Below are positions 57,625-64,000 of a stretch of 64,000 nucleotides of DNA, piece by piece (positions within the stretch are counted from its first letter, which is position 1; every line of letters starts with the position of its first letter). The notes below the pieces were generated by a model that was given only the letters and a program-made list of their open reading frames with translations, made no database searches and was not told where the DNA came from. Source of the DNA: Nemertoderma westbladi (Eukaryota > Animalia > Xenacoelomorpha); the NCBI GenBank assembly GCA_032718475.1, contig JAUCBJ010006899.1, forward strand, positions 1-64,000, written 5' to 3'. Position numbers and translations under genes: made by a program.

Positions 57625-58641
57625 ATGAATAAGCAAACGAAAAGCAAGGCTTTACGGGCAAATAATCTGAAAGCCAATATTCTTCAAATCATAAGAATTG
57701 GTTTTCTGCTAAGTAGTAAGATTACAATATGGACAGGTCTAATATGTGATTACAAGCTTGGCATTCTCTACAAAGTTGCATTTAATGGATTGTTCAATGG
57801 CTCTCTTTTGCTATTCCAGTTCGGTTGGTTTACATCACTAATATTTACTATTGCTGCAACTGGTGGTTTATTTGGCAAGCATTCAATCTTAATGGCAATT
57901 TTTCTACCTTTGACATGGTTTTTACTTGTAATTCAGATAGCAGCAAGTGCTATATCAGTCACATATGATGTTGACCAAGCTTATAAAGTATTGCACCATG
58001 AGATGCTTTCTAAGTTTGCAGCATATGAAATAATATCTGATTTCAATGTGACTTCAAAAAAAAATGAATTACTAAGAAAGGATGTTTATATAGTTGATCA
58101 GATTCAGGAGTACTTTAACTGTTGTGGATTACATGAGAGTATTACTGCTTCTGTCACATATGGTGCCGTTACCACAACAAATTCATCATTGTCATCAGCT
58201 TCACTATCATTAGATATCCATAAAACAGGTTTTTCATATTGGGAATCCAGGCTAAGTGCTGCCACTTTGGAGCGCTTTGAAGGAGCTAACTTCCCGGCAT
58301 CATGCTGTAACACTACAATTCTTTACAACTACTGCAAGGATCATGGGATAGGTCAGAATTCTCTATTGATTCAGTTGGATCAAAGTGATGCCAATATATT
58401 AAAGATTACTAAAGATCAGCTCTACCAGGATGGATGTGATATTGTGATCAAGAGTCATATCAGGCATATTATTACGATAATCACTATAGCTATGGTTGTT
58501 GGAATATCTATGCAAGTTATATCCCATATCATTGTTTGGGTATTATTTTTCATGAATACTGATATCTTGATTGCATATGAAGGAAGCTTTATGAAAGCAC
58601 TGGGTTTTGGGTCATTAGGAAATAATAACTCAATATTATGA
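57625..58641 (+). CDS. Tetraspanin-family membrane protein, single exon (338 aa)
   Basis: Hydrophobic N-terminal segments; EC2 with DQIQEYFNCCG (CCG), FPASCC (PxSCC) and YQDGC; C-terminal TM helix. Open from ATG to TGA in very AT-rich flanks. Confidence 0.88.
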   Translation: MNKQTKSKALRANNLKANILQIIRIGFLLSSKITIWTGLICDYKLGILYKVAFNGLFNGSLLLFQFGWFTSLIFTIAATGGLFGKHSILMAIFLPLTWFLLVIQIAASAISVTYDVDQAYKVLHHEMLSKFAAYEIISDFNVTSKKNELLRKDVYIVDQIQEYFNCCGLHESITASVTYGAVTTTNSSLSSASLSLDIHKTGFSYWESRLSAATLERFEGANFPASCCNTTILYNYCKDHGIGQNSLLIQLDQSDANILKITKDQLYQDGCDIVIKSHIRHIITIITIAMVVGISMQVISHIIVWVLFFMNTDILIAYEGSFMKALGFGSLGNNNSIL

Positions 58642-58789
58642 ATTTCAGGGTGACGAATTTTTTAAAATACCAATTATATTTTAAAATAAGACATTAACAA
58701 ATGTGGTAATTAGCATACAAGTACATAGTCATTCATTATTTATTCATTGTATGTGGTTGGTTATTATTATCAAATGTTATTGTGATATA

Positions 58790-61670
58790 TACATATATAT
58801 TTCTTTATATTATATTTTTAAATAATTATATACGACTCAGTCACTTAAAAAATAGCTACTATTCTGAAAATTTTCGGGTTTAACATAATTTAATTAATTA
58901 TAGTTTGTATTTTTTGCACTAATATTCTATTTAAATGATATTGTAGTTTCTTGCAACTTAGCCACCTGTATTATAAATATGTTCAGTTTTAAATATTCTC
59001 AGTCATTCACCGTTACAGTATTGCTTCATTTATGGAGTTGATTCCCCATGGAGCCATTGTTTCTAATGTACATTGCCAAGATACCCCCCTATGTCTAAGA
59101 CGTTTTTCCAGGTTGGGTCCCTTCGATATATGTTCTATTGAGGTTATTCGAAAATCATTCCACATGTCCAAGATGTGTATTCACGCAACAGCTTGGGTTC
59201 TTCCCATTAGTTATTTGTGATTTGTAGTTCCTTATTCTCTGTTTAAAGTCCCTTAGCCGATCCACAAGCTTGCTGCTTGCTACTTACATACTTTGCAGTT
59301 CAGTAAATATACAACGTTCTTGCTTTCACATGTCAGTTAACTTATCCTGTGATTCCTATTAAATTCCCTAGTACTTAAACTAAAAGTGCTCATGTGGTTT
59401 ACATGTTGTCCGTTTATGGTGAATTTCCCCCATTGATGCAATAGTAGAGACTAAAGTTACATTTTCTTTACTTGCATCTTCAAACCGTGAAGGTGCTAAG
59501 ATATTTTTTAGTGTCTCACCTCGCCTTACTACAATATTTATATTCACACGAGCCATAAAATCTCCCTAACTTCCTGTAATATGCTTCTTTATTATTTTAT
59601 TAATGTCGGGTTTCGCAGGCTCATTGTTAGTCACAAAGAAAATCTGTTGTTTTTCCGACTGCTTCTTCCTTTCCCTCGTCTTTAACCCTATTAGTACCGG
59701 GCTATAAAATGTACAAATACCGGGGGGGGGGGGGGGGTCATATTGACCCCTCCCTCTAAAATCTACAAATATTAACGAAAACGTCTGATTTTTTGTTTGT
59801 ACGTAGGTATCACTAGTCTGGATCCGACCGAAAAAAAAATTATCGAAAAAATGTACTGGGGTGGTAATATTGCATCACCAAAATTACAAGTAGTGCACAA
59901 TTTTCACAAATTTTGAAAGTTACATTTTTCGGCTAATTGTTTTTCAATACAGGTTTTCTGGGGCGCAAAATACATTGGAAAATATTTAATAATTATATGA
60001 TTACCATAAATGGCTGTTTAGTCCTCTCTGCGTAGGAAAAAAATGAAAAAAACAAGTAACCAGCACTTTTCAGTTAGCACACAAAATTTTTAATTCACTT
60101 ATACGATGCTATAAATTCACATTTTCAGGTTTTCTAGGGCGCTGATTCTAATGGAATACATTTAAAATATGCCAGATCATTGAAACTTATATTTTTCGGT
60201 GTAATTTGGCAATTTTGGTGCTAGCACCAAATTTCGTACCCATCACCAAAAAGTACAAGTTTGCGATCTCCAGTGCTGTTTTTATTGATTCCATTGGATT
60301 CAGGACCCTCATAAACCCGTATAACGCAAGAAACAAAATGATACCCTCTACTGATCAATTTACTCATTTTCCAAAATTTGGTGCTGGCACAACAATTTTC
60401 ACCCACCGATGAAAAATACAAGTTTGAAAACTCTTATGAAATTTTTACTGATTCCATTGAATTCAGAACCCTAACAAACCCGTAAAACGCAAGAAACAAG
60501 GTGATACAATCAATTTATATATTTGATGGTTTTCAAAATTTGGTGTTAGCACCACATTTTGCACCCACTTCCGAAAAATAGAAGTTTGAGATGTCTAGTT
60601 CGATAATTATATATTCCATTGAATTCAGAACAGCCATAAACCTCTAAAATGCAAGAAATAAATTGTCACAAGCAATTTTTTCTATTGAATGGATTTTCAA
60701 AATTTCGTGCTAGCACCAAAATTTGCACACAGCACCGAAAAATACAAGTTTGATACACTTGGTGCAACTCGTATATATTTCATCGAAACCAGAACCCCAA
60801 AAAACCCCAATTGCGTAAAAAACAAGTTTCAAACAATCAATTTACAAAATTGACATATTTCAAAATTTGGTGCTGGTACCAAAATTTGGCACCCGCCGAA
60901 AAAATTTGAAATTTCTAAATCAATTTATATGAATTCCATCCAATTGCGAACACCAAAAAACCGGTGTAAATCAAAAATAGAGATGTTACAATTAATATTT
61001 AATGAAATGTAATACTACCCAATAGTTTTGAAAACGGTTTTCACTACTAGGAAGATAATAGATTTTTAGGAAAAGTCATAAAATTTCAGATTCCCAACTA
61101 CGTTTGTTTCAGAATTATAATAAAAAAACTACGGGGGGGGGGAGGTCATATTGACCTCCCCCCCCCCCCCGGGTTTAATAGGGTTAATGAATCATTTTGT
61201 CTTATTTTTTTTACATTTGTTGCAAATTATTGACATACCATGTCTACGTTCCAACCAAAACAATGTAAATCCCTTTCTAGGTCCTCCCTTCTCAATCTTA
61301 ATGCAACACTGTATGGTATGTACTTTGTCTGGCTCCTTACATGACTTAGCATGCAAATATTGATGTACATCCAAGTCCTTAAAGTAATTATCCCCTTGAA
61401 TTTTACCAGTTTCATCTATAAAAATCCTAAGTCCAGGAAATTTACTTCCCGTCTGACTGCTCTATATTAAACTTAATTTTTCCTGGATTTACACTTCCAT
61501 TTAACATGTGACACGAAATTACTCATATCAGGATTTTTCATGTTTGAATAAAAAGTTATTATATCATCCCTGTACTCCTCCCATACTCATCCGGTTTTAC
61601 AGGGACCCTGTAAACTTGCTCATCTAATTTTCTCGCACCATAAATATCTGTATAATGACACTAAAGATTT
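58790..61670 (-). mobile_element. 5'-truncated Penelope-like element (RT C-terminus plus GIY-YIG endonuclease), interrupted by MITE copy 2
   Basis: WEEYRDDII (~61570), KIKFNIE..NFLDL, YFKDLDVHQYLHAKSC; LTCESKNVVYLLNCKVCK (~59285-59337); WQCTLETMAPWGIN (~59037-59078). Confidence 0.82.
59686..61183. mobile_element. Non-autonomous piggyBac-like MITE, copy 2
   Basis: TTAA|CCCTATTA...TAATAGGG|TTAA; highly similar to 20571-22346 but without the minisatellite. Confidence 0.9.
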
Positions 61671-61680
61671 CATTAATCAA

Positions 61681-61930
61681 GTGAATATAAATATTGTAGT
61701 AAGGCTACATACATGAGACACTAAAAAATATCTTAGCACCTTCATGGTTTGAGGATTGAACATATTTATAATACAGGTGGCTAGGTTGCTAAAAACTACA
61801 GTATTTAAATAGTATATTAGTACAGAAAATATAAACTATAATTAATTAAATTACAGAATGCATGAATAAGGGTTGCATTAAAACCGAATATTAGCAGAAA
61901 AGTAGCTAGCTCTATTTTAAGTGACTGAGT
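61681..61930 (+). repeat. Inverted, internally deleted copy of the Penelope-like 3' end (inverted pLTR)
   Basis: 61681-61756 is the reverse complement of ~59477-59547, and 61757-61930 is the reverse complement of ~58835-58985. Confidence 0.8.
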
Positions 61931-63559
61931 GGATTGGTATACACATTTATTGAAAAATATAATATAAATAAATATTAATTTGTAAACCACCTGACACACA
62001 CACATGGTTGGTGTTGAGAGAGATTTAAAAGCTGGCTTCGGTTGACTGTTTGCTTTTTAATGAATACACATCACATGCTGTCATACAAAAAATATCATTT
62101 AAAACTCAAAATGACATGCAAATTTCATATTAAATGTACAAAATCAAATCAGCAGAAAATATTCACGACTATAGAATCTGAAGCATGAGTTTAAACATAT
62201 ACTGTCCCATACTTAGGTAAGGACCCATAGACAATATGGTATGACTTATTTGGCTCATTCGTTGCCCCTATTGGAAGACCGCAAAACAGAAAATAAATGT
62301 GACTTGATGTGATGTGACTTGATTAACGACGTAGCTGAGAGCAATTACAACCTCATCATGAGGAAGTTTAAGACAGCTGATTACCCTGAACCTTGTGATA
62401 AGTTTGTCACAAGAGAACTCGATCTGTATGGCAATACTACGCCCGCAATAATACTTATTCGCCAGGCCCTAGTTACCAAACTCTACAACATATGTTAAAT
62501 AAGAACCAACTCGGATCTACTATTAGGCCTTGCTAGGGTTTACATTAATCTCTACCCGAGGCATAATGCAACAATCTTGCTGTTGATGTTTTGAAAGTCA
62601 AGTGAATGTGGCAATCGCCACCTGCAAGCTCCGTAACTGTAACCGCTGGTTAGAACAACTGGGAACCTTGTCAGCGCCACCCACCTATGATAACCCACCA
62701 AACCCGATGCCGCTGGCATATGGCACAGTAGGATGGGCCTCTAGGCTTTTACTTTTTTTCGTATTTCTTTTTTTCGTATTTCAAATAGTGAAAAAATATT
62801 TTCTATTAAGAAAAAATCTTTAAGATACCCCAGCACCATCAAATTAAAAAAATTAAAAATTTTTACTTCTAATAGCGAACAAAAGTTGTAGATATAGAAG
62901 ATAATACTTTTCTATTATAAAAAAATTCAAAAAATTACTTCTTTTAGGTCCCCTCAGTCCCCAGTACCTCCAAATTTCCAAAAAAAAATAATTTGAGTCT
63001 AAGACTAATAATTTATTTTCATATAGACTTTTAATGTCAGATTCTTTTTGAATTCTTTCAATGTGAATCTAGCATTGTTTCTGGACCTGTTACATCGATC
63101 CCTCTCTTTAAGAGCACAAACAGATTACGTAAAGTTATGCTTCAGTTAAGCTTCAGTTATGTTCTTGACACAAGCGTTCAACAACTTGTGTATGATTTGG
63201 TATTGAAAAGAACATCTCTTTAGTCATATTTCTCTGTTTGGTTTCAGGTATTTCTTTGGTAAGAGGTGGCTCTCCCTGAAGATTATAGCTTAAAGTTGTC
63301 CAAATAACGATTTATGTGTTATAGCTGCAAAGTTCACTGGTAGAACGAGAAACTCACGAACTCGGGATTTACCAGAGGCTTTGTACACCGCGAGCTTTAA
63401 GAATATGCTGTACAGCTAGTTCCTTAATGTGATTGCGTTTATCGAGCAACACTGCAATTAATGCATTTTGGCATTGTGTTGTACAGCTGTGTGAATTACG
63501 TTCTTATTATAATATAAGCTAAGCGTCGTATGACGTTAAATATTTGACTCACTTAGTTA

Positions 63560-63725
63560 CCACTTTAGGATGCAATGCAGGGGTGAGCCCTGGATAGTCC
63601 CTTTAAAGCATTCATACCGAAGCGAAAACTGCTCTGGCACATGCGGGAATTGAACTCATGACCTCAAAGAGAATAATCGGAACCATGATTTGACGAATCA
63701 TCACTATAATTTATTGGCAACGCAT
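63560..63725 (-). mobile_element. Decayed tRNA-derived SINE
   Basis: Minus-strand B-box-like GAGTTCAATTCCC (~63645-63657) preceded by GAGGTCAT; A box degenerate. Confidence 0.4.
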
Positions 63726-63736
63726 TTTACCTTAGA

Positions 63737-63837
63737 CCCCCCTCACATGGAGCAACTTGTTTCTGAAACTTGTTGCTGGCCCCCCTCACACACAGAAACT
63801 TGTTGCTGGCCCCCCTCACACACAGCAACTTGTTGCT
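63737..63837. repeat. Three ~30-bp direct repeats CCCCCTCACACACAGCAACTTGTTGC
   Basis: Direct reading; may be a reiterated transposon end. Confidence 0.6.
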
Positions 63838-64000
63838 CAAGAAAATAACAATTATTCCAAAATAAATGGCTAACATGTCCAGTCATTTATATATAATAAT
63901 ATCAAATATCTCAAATTATCGAATATTAGCTAGTATAAAAATGGAATAAAAGTTTTAAAAAAAGTTGCTGGGAATGTTGCTGGACTCCTTACAAACAGAA

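Noticed and set aside
63275-63315. CTGAAGA as a Penelope-associated hammerhead core
   Set aside because: No stem II plus GAAA follows, and it is not linked to the pLTR copy.

Overview
AT-rich eukaryotic (probably invertebrate) DNA made almost entirely of nested transposable elements, with one apparent host gene, an intronless tetraspanin at 57625-58641. The centrepiece is a young, very large (18,984 bp) BEL/Pao LTR retrotransposon on the minus strand (22388-41371), with 2,164-bp LTRs differing at only 4 positions seen by eye and a TCATG TSD. It has three unusual traits. (1) After integrase it carries a ~1,235-codon cargo frame, split by one in-frame TGA, encoding a WRN/EXD2/Mut-7-type DEDDy 3'-5' exonuclease, three CCHC knuckles and an RG tail. 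(2) An 18-bp palindrome (CCARACCCRCRGGTYTGG) recurs eight times at 1.1-2.6 kb intervals through its internal region, in different reading frames and in non-coding DNA. (3) There is no tRNA-type PBS; the PBS position is complementary to a segment of its own LTR, suggesting self-priming. Other contents: a diverged solo LTR of the same family inside an RTE LINE, two hATm-like and one Sola2-like transposase relics, a Deu/Nin-type SINE, two copies of a TTAA piggyBac-like MITE, a HINE inside a hAT relic, a two-ORF PIF/Harbinger element split by a CR1 LINE, a Tc1/IS630 relic, a Penelope-like element and several minisatellites. All family assignments are by motif recognition only; no database searches were run.
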